DNA of 50,822 bases from an uncultured Bacillales bacterium (GTDB taxonomy: Bacteria; Bacillota_I; Bacilli_A; RFN20; CAG-826), in contig CAMOSZ010000007.1 of assembly GCA_946625285.1 (NCBI GenBank), forward strand, positions 1 through 50,822. The letters are read 5' to 3'. Shown one piece after another: positions 1 to 8,574 of the stretch. Numbering within the stretch: the stretch's first letter is position 1; each line of letters starts with the position of its first letter. Under the pieces are notes generated by a model, which saw only the letters and a list, made by a program, of their open reading frames with translations, had not been told where the DNA came from and did no database searches. Both the position numbers and the translations under genes were made by a program.

Positions 1-289
1 CATCCGAGTTTTTGTATTCAGATGTTAAAGAAAAGACGTAGTCGTTTTTTAGAAGAGCAGTTTCTAGCTTTTCCTCTAAAGCTTCATCTTTTTTCTTTGT
101 TGATAATGTAATTTGAATCGTTCTTAAGTAGTAAGTTGGGCAATCATCTGCAAATTCAGGTGGTCTTTTTGATATCTCCTGATAAATGATGAACGGAGCT
201 TCTGCATTTTGCTCATTGTCATAATCAAGATGAGCATAGATGACTGTCGGAAGAACGGTTAATAGCACTCTTCTTAGTTTCTTAAGCAT
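1..289 (-). CDS. phage head-tail joining / tail-completion protein, C-terminus cut by window edge
   Basis: Own translation from ATG 289..287 (MLKKLRRVLLTVLPTVIYAHLDYDNEQNAE...) stays open to position 1. ATGA overlap with the stop of the gp10-like gene. Slot after gp6/gp16/gp10-like genes. Absent from the ORF track because no stop lies in the window. Confidence 0.5.
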   Translation of the reverse strand, partial: MLKKLRRVLLTVLPTVIYAHLDYDNEQNAEAPFIIYQEISKRPPEFADDCPTYYLRTIQITLSTKKKDEALEEKLETALLKNDYVFSLTSEYKNSD

Positions 290-678
290 CATCCACCTCC
301 ATTAATTATCTTTCTGATATCGTCTAGCATCTTCGGGGTAAACTCGTCATAAGCAGGTCTTAAAAAAGGGCGAGCAGATACGAGCTTTCCACTACGATGC
401 TTAAAGCCAAGTTCTACTAAATGAACGATGGAACCTTTGGTTTTGGAATAAATAACAATCGTTTTGTTTATACCTTCACCATATGATTCCTTAATAAAAG
501 AATCGCCTAAATGCTCGTGTGTCCACGGTGTTCTAGGTGCATGTTCTTTTATATAATCCAGGATCAAGTCGGCTGTTTCATCTAAGCGTTGTAATATCGC
601 TACTTCAACGTCTTTAGAATAGTTTTTAACGGCCTTTTCAATCTCTGGTGTGAGAGCGGTAAGTTCTAAAGATTCCAT
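289..678 (-). CDS. HK97 gp10-family head-tail joining protein
   Basis: 129 aa; ATG with GGAGG 10 nt upstream. C-terminal GFKHRSGKLVSARPFLRPA pattern typical of the gp10 family; position in the connector gene string. Confidence 0.75.
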   Translation of the reverse strand: MESLELTALTPEIEKAVKNYSKDVEVAILQRLDETADLILDYIKEHAPRTPWTHEHLGDSFIKESYGEGINKTIVIYSKTKGSIVHLVELGFKHRSGKLVSARPFLRPAYDEFTPKMLDDIRKIINGGG

Positions 679-1016
679 CCAGCGATGTCCTCCTTTTTAA
701 TTTGGGTTTCGCTAGCATATAGTTCCATCCACATTCCGTTTTGATAACTCCTCTCTACTTCGTAGATGGTGTCTTCATTAGGAACATATAGGTACTTGCT
801 ACCGTCATAAAGGAACGCTTGAATTGAAACCTTAAAATCAAGTAAAACTTTGCTCTCTTTTGAAGAGTAATGTTCCTTAGAAGTGATGGAGGCTGTCATC
901 CCCACCACCTCTTTGGAGCCGACCAAACGCAAGACTTGGTTGCCCAAATCATCAGCATCTGTTTTAACACGTAATAGGAATAAGTTGATGTTGCCGGAAT
1001 TAGGATACGCTATCAC
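666..1016 (-). CDS. phage head-closure / head-tail adaptor protein (SPP1 gp16-like slot)
   Basis: 116 aa; GTG start with GGAGG 9 nt upstream and a GTGA overlap with the upstream stop. Call rests mainly on size and synteny. Confidence 0.6.
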   Translation of the reverse strand: MIAYPNSGNINLFLLRVKTDADDLGNQVLRLVGSKEVVGMTASITSKEHYSSKESKVLLDFKVSIQAFLYDGSKYLYVPNEDTIYEVERSYQNGMWMELYASETQIKKEDIAGWNL

Positions 1017-1324
1017 GAGGAAGAACCTCCACCAACCTCAGGTCTATGCAAGCATAGTTGCCTGAGTAAGACGTCAAAGCTCTTGGGAAGCTCTTTCACT
1101 TCTCCGTTACTATTGAATCCGAAATGTGTCTTCACAAATATGGTAATAAGAGCTGTCACTAAAGGATTGTCATCTGATTCAGCGGTTTCACGAGGAACTC
1201 CAGCTGTGACTAGCAACTGGCGGCACGAGGCAATATGAATCAAGATTTCATCATCAGCGTAGTTTTCTGTTGCAGGGATAAGCAAAGCTTTCTTCATCTT
1301 CTCTAGCATGTTTTCGCACGACAT
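1013..1324 (-). CDS. gp6-like head-tail connector protein
   Basis: ATG at 1324 has GGAGG 8 nt upstream. The track start 1333 is a GTG abutting that SD, so it was rejected. About 100 aa, first gene after the capsid gene, with the DDEILIHIASCRQLL pattern of the gp6-like family. Confidence 0.65.
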   Translation of the reverse strand: MSCENMLEKMKKALLIPATENYADDEILIHIASCRQLLVTAGVPRETAESDDNPLVTALITIFVKTHFGFNSNGEVKELPKSFDVLLRQLCLHRPEVGGGSSS

Positions 1325-1480
1325 TTTAGACACCTCCTCTACTCGTTAGAATATTCTTCCTATTACTCTTAAACGGAAGGACCCGCCTTCATACGGACTT
1401 ATTGATTTCTCATTTCATACGTATTGCGACTAGCGACTTATCAAGGTTAGCGGGCACTCCTCCGTGTTTCGACCTAAGGT

Positions 1481-2647
1481 CTATTCGCCTTCTTCTTCGT
1501 CAGAATCTGATTCGGATTGGGCAGCAGCTTTCTTAACTCTTAAGAAGCCTTTGTAGCCGATGACGTTACCACCAGTGAAGACAGATGCCTTATAGCAGAT
1601 GATGCCATCTTTGAATTTGTAATCAGTGGATTTAGCTACTTCAACACCACTGAAGATTGGGACTTCGTAGTTAGCTAATGGACCATAAGCGATACCATAT
1701 TCACCGACTTGAGTACTTTCAGCAGAGATTGCTTTACAGTGACTGGAGATGATGAATGGGATACCATCGATGGTTTTTGCCTTGTAGTCAACGTTATAGA
1801 CTTTTCTGCCTTCAGCGGTTCTTAAACCAGCGAATGCACGTAAGTCATTCTTGTTGAGGATGAGAACACAGCCACCTTCGACTTCTTCATCACCGCCATA
1901 GGCGTAGACGATTTCATCTAAGGTATTTTCGTCAATTGCACTGAGTTCTAAGTCGACTGCATCAGCTAAGGCTTCACAGTTAGCAGAGAAGATGCCTTTG
2001 AAGGTGTTTGTGGTTCCTGCACCACGAAGGATTTGTTCGGAGATTTTCTTTCTTAAAGCGATATTAACACCCTTTAAAACTTCTCCTTGGTAATCGGCCG
2101 CTGGGAGTTTCTCTAACTCTTCGGTGATTTCTGCATAAGCAGTAACTTTGACTTTGGAGATTGTTAAATAGCCAAATTCTGGTTCTGCTGTGGTATAAGG
2201 ATCACCTTCAGCAGTTAAACCACCAGTACCATGAGATTTCACAAAGGATTTCTTGTAGGTTTCGCCACCTTTTAGATTGACTGTGTGAACTTGGTCCACT
2301 AAAGTGGAAACTTCTCTAAATGGGTATGGTGTGATTTTGTCATCAACATGCTCTGGGAGTAAAACTCCATCAGCAGTAACGGTGACAGTTCTACCTTCTT
2401 TTAAGGCTTGACCACGAGCTTCTAATTCAGCATTAGATTCTGTGGATTTGGTTTCAACAACGACATCTTGGACATCGAATTTGCCTCTCATAGCGAGTTT
2501 CTTTTCGATGGCCTTGCGTTCGTTGGTGAGTTCGTCTACTTCTTTATCGTAAGCAGATAATTTTTCGACATCGGATTCGGAATCAACTAAGCCACGGATT
2601 TCTTCAATACGTGCTTTGATTTCCTTTAAACGTAATTCAAGATTCAT
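1481..2647 (-). CDS. HK97-fold major capsid protein with N-terminal coiled-coil delta domain
   Basis: 388 aa. N-terminal coiled coil (MNLELRLKEIKARIEEIRGL...) followed by a capsid-like body. Sits directly downstream of the prohead protease. Confidence 0.9.
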   Translation of the reverse strand: MNLELRLKEIKARIEEIRGLVDSESDVEKLSAYDKEVDELTNERKAIEKKLAMRGKFDVQDVVVETKSTESNAELEARGQALKEGRTVTVTADGVLLPEHVDDKITPYPFREVSTLVDQVHTVNLKGGETYKKSFVKSHGTGGLTAEGDPYTTAEPEFGYLTISKVKVTAYAEITEELEKLPAADYQGEVLKGVNIALRKKISEQILRGAGTTNTFKGIFSANCEALADAVDLELSAIDENTLDEIVYAYGGDEEVEGGCVLILNKNDLRAFAGLRTAEGRKVYNVDYKAKTIDGIPFIISSHCKAISAESTQVGEYGIAYGPLANYEVPIFSGVEVAKSTDYKFKDGIICYKASVFTGGNVIGYKGFLRVKKAAAQSESDSDEEEGE

Positions 2648-2661
2648 AAAATGAATTCCTC

Positions 2662-3264
2662 CTAGATTTTGGTTTTGATTTTTAGTCTCTTTACTAAGAC
2701 TGTTCTACGTTCTAAGTTCTCTGCATCATCCAATGCCTTTAGTTCAGCATCCGCCAACTCTAAAGAGCGAGCACTTGCTTGGATAGAAGTTTGGTCGTAG
2801 GCAGGCAAGTCCACAACACTTACATCAAAGAGCCTATCAATGCCTGTAATAGTTCTTTTTGGAAGCTTACCGCTTTTATCCCAGCTTTGACTTTTAACAG
2901 TGAAAGCAAATGACATCTTGTCTAATAGTCCAGCTTCGATACATTTGAAGATGTCTCTATTGCTGGTTGTGTCGATGAGTTCGGCATGGATTTTCAAGCC
3001 TTTTTCATCAACTTCTAAAGAAAGAGAACCATTTCTGGTCCTCGCAATAATGAGTGTGCTGTCGTTATGGTTATATTTAAACGGCACATCTTTCATATTT
3101 GTTTCTTTTAATGCTTGAGCATCAATGACTTCGGTAAAGCCGTGTTCTTCAGTGCCAATGAGCGTTTCCTCATTAAACACGATTGCATAGCCTTCCACTA
3201 TCATCTTCTTGTTTTCTTCATCCGCTCTGCTCTCGAGAGATGAGAATCTAACTTCTTTATTCAT
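2662..3264 (-). CDS. HK97-family prohead (maturation) protease
   Basis: Start moved to ATG 3264 (MNKEVRFSSLES...), which overlaps the portal stop by 8 nt. The longer track ORF (to 3432) runs inside the portal gene. YAIVFNEE...FKYNHN pattern of S78 proteases. Confidence 0.85.
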   Translation of the reverse strand: MNKEVRFSSLESRADEENKKMIVEGYAIVFNEETLIGTEEHGFTEVIDAQALKETNMKDVPFKYNHNDSTLIIARTRNGSLSLEVDEKGLKIHAELIDTTSNRDIFKCIEAGLLDKMSFAFTVKSQSWDKSGKLPKRTITGIDRLFDVSVVDLPAYDQTSIQASARSLELADAELKALDDAENLERRTVLVKRLKIKTKI

Positions 3265-4507
3265 CTTTGTCGATTTCCTCCTTGGATTTAGGTTTCTTAA
3301 AGAATTTATCAAGTTGATATTCGTTAGCTTTATCAGCATCAACATAGTTGAGTGATTGCAAACGTCTACTACCACCCTCAATAGGTTCAAAGCCAAGCAA
3401 GGCTCTGGATTCGTTGAGAGAAAGTATGCCAAGGCCCATCAACTTCTCGATGGCCTGGACTTTGGTATTCCATGAAGCATATTGAAGTCTTTCGGAATAA
3501 AAGATGATTTGTTCACCTTTCTCTAACTGACCTCTAGTTAATAATGCTTTTGAGAATGCCTCTGATAAGGCAATTGCTATACCTTCAATAACTGATTCAT
3601 AGAAAGCGTTATATTCGTTTTCGTTGTACTTGTTATCAAAGATAGAGTCGCTGACACCAAAGTAAGAGATGATCTTCTTTTGTAAGAAAGTGAGTGTCGT
3701 ACTGTCCACTAACTTTGGGTCAGTATTAAGCGGCACATAGTCACTCTTTAAATCAACAGGGACAATGGAACTGCCGCCATCACTAGTTGCTTCTTTTAAG
3801 GCATCATCAAACTCTTTCTTTTGAGCGGTTTTGTCTTTTTCAGATAAGATTCCATTTATTTTTAATAAACCTTTGATTTGGAAGCTTGTTTTAATTGCGT
3901 TATCCAAGCCCTGAAGGACGGAATCATTAATTTTGATTGTCTTTAGCAATGCGGCATGATCACTAATTGCACCATTACCGCCAAAGACATCGTTCATTCC
4001 ATAGAATCTACGAAGATGAATAACGGACTCGTATGGAAGTGTGAAACCTTTTTTATCAGAAAAATAAAAGCGGAGATACATCGCTCCACTCTCATCTTTA
4101 AGGACCTCAACCGATGTCGGTTTTAATGGCCATAGCTCTTTGAGCTCATAGGTTTCATAATCGTAAACTGGATAAATAAACGCATTGTTATTTAAGTAAA
4201 GAAGGGTCACAACTCGATAGATAAAATCGTAAGGTGTCATTAAAGGATTAGGTTGAAACTTGAGTAAATAACTTAAGTTACCATTCTTCTCTAACACCGT
4301 TTTATCATCTTGAGTTTTGACATATCTTGGCTTTAGCTTTGCTGCATGAGTAGCAATTCGATCAATGCAGATTTTCACCACATCGGACATGTTGATATTG
4401 TTTCCAAAGTCTTGAAAGATATCTAATGTCGATTTAAAGACTCGAGCATCATAGTTGACAGGAGTCACTACTTTTTTCTTGCGTTTAAAAATGTCAAAGA
4501 ATGCCAT
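3257..4507 (-). CDS. phage portal protein (HK97 family)
   Basis: 416 aa, between terL and the protease; size and position are canonical. Confidence 0.88.
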   Translation of the reverse strand: MAFFDIFKRKKKVVTPVNYDARVFKSTLDIFQDFGNNINMSDVVKICIDRIATHAAKLKPRYVKTQDDKTVLEKNGNLSYLLKFQPNPLMTPYDFIYRVVTLLYLNNNAFIYPVYDYETYELKELWPLKPTSVEVLKDESGAMYLRFYFSDKKGFTLPYESVIHLRRFYGMNDVFGGNGAISDHAALLKTIKINDSVLQGLDNAIKTSFQIKGLLKINGILSEKDKTAQKKEFDDALKEATSDGGSSIVPVDLKSDYVPLNTDPKLVDSTTLTFLQKKIISYFGVSDSIFDNKYNENEYNAFYESVIEGIAIALSEAFSKALLTRGQLEKGEQIIFYSERLQYASWNTKVQAIEKLMGLGILSLNESRALLGFEPIEGGSRRLQSLNYVDADKANEYQLDKFFKKPKSKEEIDKDE

Positions 4508-4516
4508 AGCTACCTC

Positions 4517-6157
4517 CTAACTAATTAAATTCTCGTAGTCTGTCTTGTATCGAGTAAGGACGGCATAGGCGATAATCAACGCTACGCATCCATCGATTCT
4601 TTTTAATTTGCTGTTTAGCTTGCTAGGTTGAATGTTTCCATTAACGTCAACCTTAGCTTGCGTATTTGCTATATTCCATTTAAGGATTGGGTTATTGTCA
4701 TAAATGACTAGTTTGTTTTTAAGGTCACCCTCTAGCTGTTTCATAGGTTCAGATAAGGTGTAAACACCCTGCCTTACTTTTTCCATTGTGAATCCAGCAT
4801 CTTCCATCTCTTTAACCCAATAAAGTGAACCCCATGGGTCGTAGCCTATAAAAATGGGTCTAATACCATATTCTCTCACCATTTGGATGAACCATTCGGT
4901 GACATGATGGAAGTCGTTTTGATTACCGTTAGTTAAAGTGATTAATCCCTTTTTAACCCAAACATCATATGGAATCTTATCTTCCTCCACTCTCTTTTTG
5001 ACTAATTCGCTAGGCATAAAGAAATGTGGAAGAACATACTTCTTACCGTTTTTGATAATAAGCAAGACTGCTGCGGTCAAGTCTGTCGTAGCAGATAAAT
5101 CAACTCCACCAATCGCGTAGCTGTCTCTAATCTCGGACATCTTATACATGGTTTCATTGTTAAGCTCGTCAAAGGTGAGCCATGAACCGCTATCGATTTG
5201 TTTGATATTAAAGTCTTTGCAAAGCATCGTGACTTTAGTGGCTAGGTCATTCCTAGCTTTATTCATAATGTCTTCAAAATAAGACTTTGTCTTTATTGTT
5301 CCTAAACTAGGATTAGACTTTTGCCAAGATGATGGGTCTTCAAATACCTCATCAATAGAATCTTGTGTGTAGAGCCAAGGGAGGACATGCTCATCTTGGA
5401 TTTCACCTTTAATCATTTTCCTGACATAGGCTAATTTGTTATCTAGGAAACCGTCCACCACCGTGCCTTGGGTAGTGATGATAAAGATTAACGGATTAAC
5501 TTTTGTAGATTGTGATTGTTTAATAGCATCGTAGACTTTTGAGTCTACCATTCCCCACGCTTCATCTATGCAACCGACTTCTATGTTGTAGCCGTCTTTA
5601 TTTTTAGATTGAGCGGAGAGCTTTTTAATTTTGTTTTTGTTTTTCGGAGAATAGATGTAGAAAATATTCTTTTTCGAACGTTTTTCGTTGCGGAGAGCTT
5701 TGCTCTGTTCACGCATGTTATTAATCTCCTCAAACAAAATGGACGCCTGATCATTCGTGTTGCTTGCACATACGATGTCGGTTCCACCTTTAGATAAGAA
5801 GAATTCCGCCAAGTCGATTCCGGCGACAAACGTGGTTTTTCCATTCTTTCGAGCAATAAGCAATAATGCTTCGTTAAATCTTCTTAGACCGGTCTCTGCC
5901 ATTTTGAAACCGTATGCACACTCTAGGAAGGCTTTTTCCCATAACTCTAAAATGAATGGCTGTCCATTGAATGGCGATTTAGTGTGCTTACAAAACCTCT
6001 CAATAAATTCGATTCTTATTTGTCCTGGTCTTTCGTCATAGACATAACGAGGATTATTCAAATCGTCTTTTAAGCGTTTTAAGACACTTTTTAGTTCTTG
6101 ACCAGCAATTGTGCGGCCTGACTCTATTTCGTCGATATAGGCTAGTAAGAAACTCAT
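4517..6157 (-). CDS. terL: terminase large subunit
   Basis: 546 aa; Walker-A-like LIARKNGKTTFVAG; C-terminal nuclease-size domain. Precedes the portal gene. Confidence 0.9.
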   Translation of the reverse strand: MSFLLAYIDEIESGRTIAGQELKSVLKRLKDDLNNPRYVYDERPGQIRIEFIERFCKHTKSPFNGQPFILELWEKAFLECAYGFKMAETGLRRFNEALLLIARKNGKTTFVAGIDLAEFFLSKGGTDIVCASNTNDQASILFEEINNMREQSKALRNEKRSKKNIFYIYSPKNKNKIKKLSAQSKNKDGYNIEVGCIDEAWGMVDSKVYDAIKQSQSTKVNPLIFIITTQGTVVDGFLDNKLAYVRKMIKGEIQDEHVLPWLYTQDSIDEVFEDPSSWQKSNPSLGTIKTKSYFEDIMNKARNDLATKVTMLCKDFNIKQIDSGSWLTFDELNNETMYKMSEIRDSYAIGGVDLSATTDLTAAVLLIIKNGKKYVLPHFFMPSELVKKRVEEDKIPYDVWVKKGLITLTNGNQNDFHHVTEWFIQMVREYGIRPIFIGYDPWGSLYWVKEMEDAGFTMEKVRQGVYTLSEPMKQLEGDLKNKLVIYDNNPILKWNIANTQAKVDVNGNIQPSKLNSKLKRIDGCVALIIAYAVLTRYKTDYENLIS

Positions 6158-6333
6158 TCTACGGTATCTTCCGCTTCTGGTTTAGGCACCGGAATCTCGT
6201 GATAATGAATTTCAGAGTCCTTTTTACCTAAAACAAGCTTTTTGCCTAAGATAGAACCATCAGTGACACTTTGGATAACACAGCCATCTTTTGCGACTAA
6301 AATCCTTAGTCCTTTTTCTTCAATGATTTCCAT
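6154..6333 (-). CDS. small hypothetical protein (59 aa) translationally coupled to terL
   Basis: Own translation MEIIEEKGLRILVAKDGCVIQSVTDGSILGKKLVLGKKDSEIHYHEIPVPKPEAEDTVE. GGAGGA 7 nt upstream of the ATG; its TGA overlaps the terL ATG (ATGA). Below the ORF-track length cut-off. Confidence 0.45.
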   Translation of the reverse strand: MEIIEEKGLRILVAKDGCVIQSVTDGSILGKKLVLGKKDSEIHYHEIPVPKPEAEDTVE

Positions 6334-6336
6334 ACA

Positions 6337-7809
6337 TTATTCCTCCGGCACTAAACTGAATGTTCTATTGGTTCCTACGTTGTTATTAGAGTAGGTCTTA
6401 AGTTTGACTTGACTGACTTCACCACTGCTGAGGATGATAACACCTGTATCGTTGATGACTTCGTTAACTGGTACAGGCATAAAGTTGCCCCATGCACTTG
6501 GGATGTAATCACCACCAGAGATATCAATCTTAAATGTTGTTTCAGAGAGATATTCGTACGTGAAGTTAACAGCATTGCCTGTACAACTGATGCAGCCAAT
6601 ACCGGAGCCAAACTCTAAGTCGATTGAAATCGAGTTGTTTTCATAATGTAAACACTTACCAGCAAGAGGATCATTACCACCAACGATGCCGATGGACCAG
6701 TTCTTACTAGTAGCAATTGCTATGTCCTCAGCTTCTAATCTGTCATAGACAGTTTGATGGATTGAGATAACCTTAGATGCTGCACCAGATAAGTCTTTTA
6801 AGTTTCTAAACATTTGAATAACTGATTCTCTGGTTAATGAGGTGCAGTTACCAAAGTTCGCATTAACATTAAAATTGCTTTGTAATGTAATCTTGCTTAA
6901 TACAGGACAATCTTGAATAGCTTCTAAAGGAATAGGCACGTTAATTGTGTTAGGGAACCAAACCTCATTTAAAAGAGGACAGTTTTTAATAACTGCAGTG
7001 CCACCACTAAAGGATGTCAATCTATCTGGTAAATAAAGCTTTTTAAGATTTGGAATACTCCAGAATGCATAGCTCGAGAGCATTCTTAAATTTGAGTTAG
7101 CACCAAAGGTGACTATTTCGCATCCACAAAAACCTAAATTGTATTGCCCCCAGCTCGAGAGCGATGAAGGGAACTCAATATCACCCAAGTTTTCAATACG
7201 GTATAAAGCACTATTTTCGAGCGTGGCCAATTGACTACCAGGTTCAAACTCAATATGCGTACAACCACTTTGATAAAAAGCATGTGCCTTAATAGTTGTA
7301 ACTGTATAAGGAACGGTCACTGCGAATTCGTTAGTGGCCTCTGCTAAGAAATTGGTTGTGATAAAACTAACTCCTTCAGGGATTTCAAAGTGATCAAATG
7401 TTCCTTCAACAAGTTGAGAAAGTAAAGCGAACTCCTCTGATGTATGAATAATCCCTAAGTTTCCTTTAAGGACTGTGGCCACTATTGGTTCAGAAGCATA
7501 GATGTAATTAGCGGTAATTGTGCTATCGCTATTAGCGACTTCATCACATGCAATAAAGCTCATCTCCCAAGCACCTTCATAAGCTGTAATTGCTTTTGGG
7601 ATTTCAAATTCGTTATTGTGAACCCTATAAAGATAAGTGGCTCTAGCGTGAGTGAATTTTAAGTAATGATATGTGCTATCAATCTCTGTATCCACATCAA
7701 ACAAGAGTTTTACTCTTTTAGATTCACGATAGACGGATATTTCAAATGGTTCTACATCTGAAGTTAGTTTGCCATCTTTACCAACGTGAATATTAATTTC
7801 ATATGCCAT
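6337..7809 (-). CDS. BspA-type leucine-rich-repeat (LRR_5-like) protein, phage cargo
   Basis: 490 aa. The central part shows about 23-25 residue repeats of the BspA type (..IEFPSSLSSWGQYNLGFCGCEIVTF..NLRMLSSYAFWSIPNLKKLYLPDRLTSF..NCPLLNEVWFPNT..). Has its own GGAGGAT SD, 5 nt after the terS stop. Confidence 0.75.
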   Translation of the reverse strand: MAYEINIHVGKDGKLTSDVEPFEISVYRESKRVKLLFDVDTEIDSTYHYLKFTHARATYLYRVHNNEFEIPKAITAYEGAWEMSFIACDEVANSDSTITANYIYASEPIVATVLKGNLGIIHTSEEFALLSQLVEGTFDHFEIPEGVSFITTNFLAEATNEFAVTVPYTVTTIKAHAFYQSGCTHIEFEPGSQLATLENSALYRIENLGDIEFPSSLSSWGQYNLGFCGCEIVTFGANSNLRMLSSYAFWSIPNLKKLYLPDRLTSFSGGTAVIKNCPLLNEVWFPNTINVPIPLEAIQDCPVLSKITLQSNFNVNANFGNCTSLTRESVIQMFRNLKDLSGAASKVISIHQTVYDRLEAEDIAIATSKNWSIGIVGGNDPLAGKCLHYENNSISIDLEFGSGIGCISCTGNAVNFTYEYLSETTFKIDISGGDYIPSAWGNFMPVPVNEVINDTGVIILSSGEVSQVKLKTYSNNNVGTNRTFSLVPEE

Positions 7810-7814
7810 TTGAG

Positions 7815-8144
7815 CTATCCTCCTATGCTATTCATAAACGCATCAAACTCATCATCTTCATCAATGACGTTCTTACCCATGATTGAATTGAGAGTTTTGA
7901 TTGCGGCTTGATATACAGTGAATGAAGTAAGAAAAGTTTTATAAGGAACTGATTGACGATAGTTTCCTTTGGAAGATTTTTGAACCGCTCCCACTATTCT
8001 TATTTCGTTTTCAAGTCTATCTAATTGGACTTTAAGAAAAGCTGCCTTTTTGAGCAGCTCGTCTACTAGTTTTGTTTTTGATTCGTCGACATCCTTAAAT
8101 AAAGAAAGAAGTCGCTCGTATTCTTTTGTAACACTGGATGTCAT
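7815..8144 (-). CDS. terS: terminase small subunit, P27-like
   Basis: 109 aa, helical, immediately after the HNH gene and a GC-rich intergenic region. This is the HNH-terS(P27)-terL arrangement typical of HK97-like cos phages. Confidence 0.65.
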   Translation of the reverse strand: MTSSVTKEYERLLSLFKDVDESKTKLVDELLKKAAFLKVQLDRLENEIRIVGAVQKSSKGNYRQSVPYKTFLTSFTVYQAAIKTLNSIMGKNVIDEDDEFDAFMNSIGG

Positions 8145-8249
8145 GGCTTCCTCCTATTTTATTTTGGCCCCACTGAAATCTGAGTTTTTGAAAATTTCGG
8201 CCTCGCGTTTTTCTGAGGTCGGGCGCATCGGTACTTTAAAAAAGTAAAT

Positions 8250-8270
8250 GGACTCGACCCGGGCGGGGGC
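8250..8270. other. GC-rich block GGACTCGACCCGGGCGGGGGC, candidate cos site
   Basis: Strong local GC spike in an AT-rich 139-nt gap between HNH and terS, the usual cos location in HNH/P27 phages. Confidence 0.3.
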
Positions 8271-8283
8271 AAATTTATTTTTT

Positions 8284-8574
8284 TTAGAATGGTTTTAAGT
8301 TTCCATCGCTGTCAAACTGACTGGCCTTCTTCTTAAAACGATTATGGCTAGCGTTGTGGCATTCACGACAAAGGTATTCGAGGTTATCAGGATTAAGTGT
8401 GATGTTTGGGTCGTTGATGTTATCAGGTGTTAAGGCTACCTTATGATGAACCTCTTCCCCTATCGCACCACATTTCTCACACCTACCATTGCACGCTGCT
8501 ATCTTTTGCTGCCTAGCTAAGAGCCAAGCACTACTCCTATAGAAGCGGTTAATAGCAGCACACTTATTTAGCAC
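8284..8574 (-). CDS. HNH endonuclease (packaging-associated)
   Basis: 96 aa; CEKCG...HHKV...N..NL..LC..CHN zinc/HNH motif. GTG start overlaps the metK-like stop. Confidence 0.85.
   Translation of the reverse strand: MLNKCAAINRFYRSSAWLLARQQKIAACNGRCEKCGAIGEEVHHKVALTPDNINDPNITLNPDNLEYLCRECHNASHNRFKKKASQFDSDGNLKPF

Noticed and set aside
2662-3432. Long N-terminal extensions of track ORFs (protease to 3432, HTH protein to 13883, hypothetical to 18771, DUF2800 to 22457, connector GTG 1333, ABC TTG 41121, PolA TTG 20698, DGQHR ATG 33632)
   Set aside because: The extensions overlap upstream genes or intergenic motifs and lack properly spaced SD sequences. Internal ATGs with GGAGG 6-10 nt upstream, or coupling overlaps, fit better.
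883-6618. Track ORFs antisense to, or in an alternative frame of, phage structural genes (883..1065+, 2900..3118+, 4938..5120+, 5581..5856-, 5609..5797+, 5757..6041+, 6375..6611-, 6409..6618+)
   Set aside because: Each lies entirely inside a longer ORF with a confident phage assignment. They have no SD and their low-complexity translations are typical of shadow frames.
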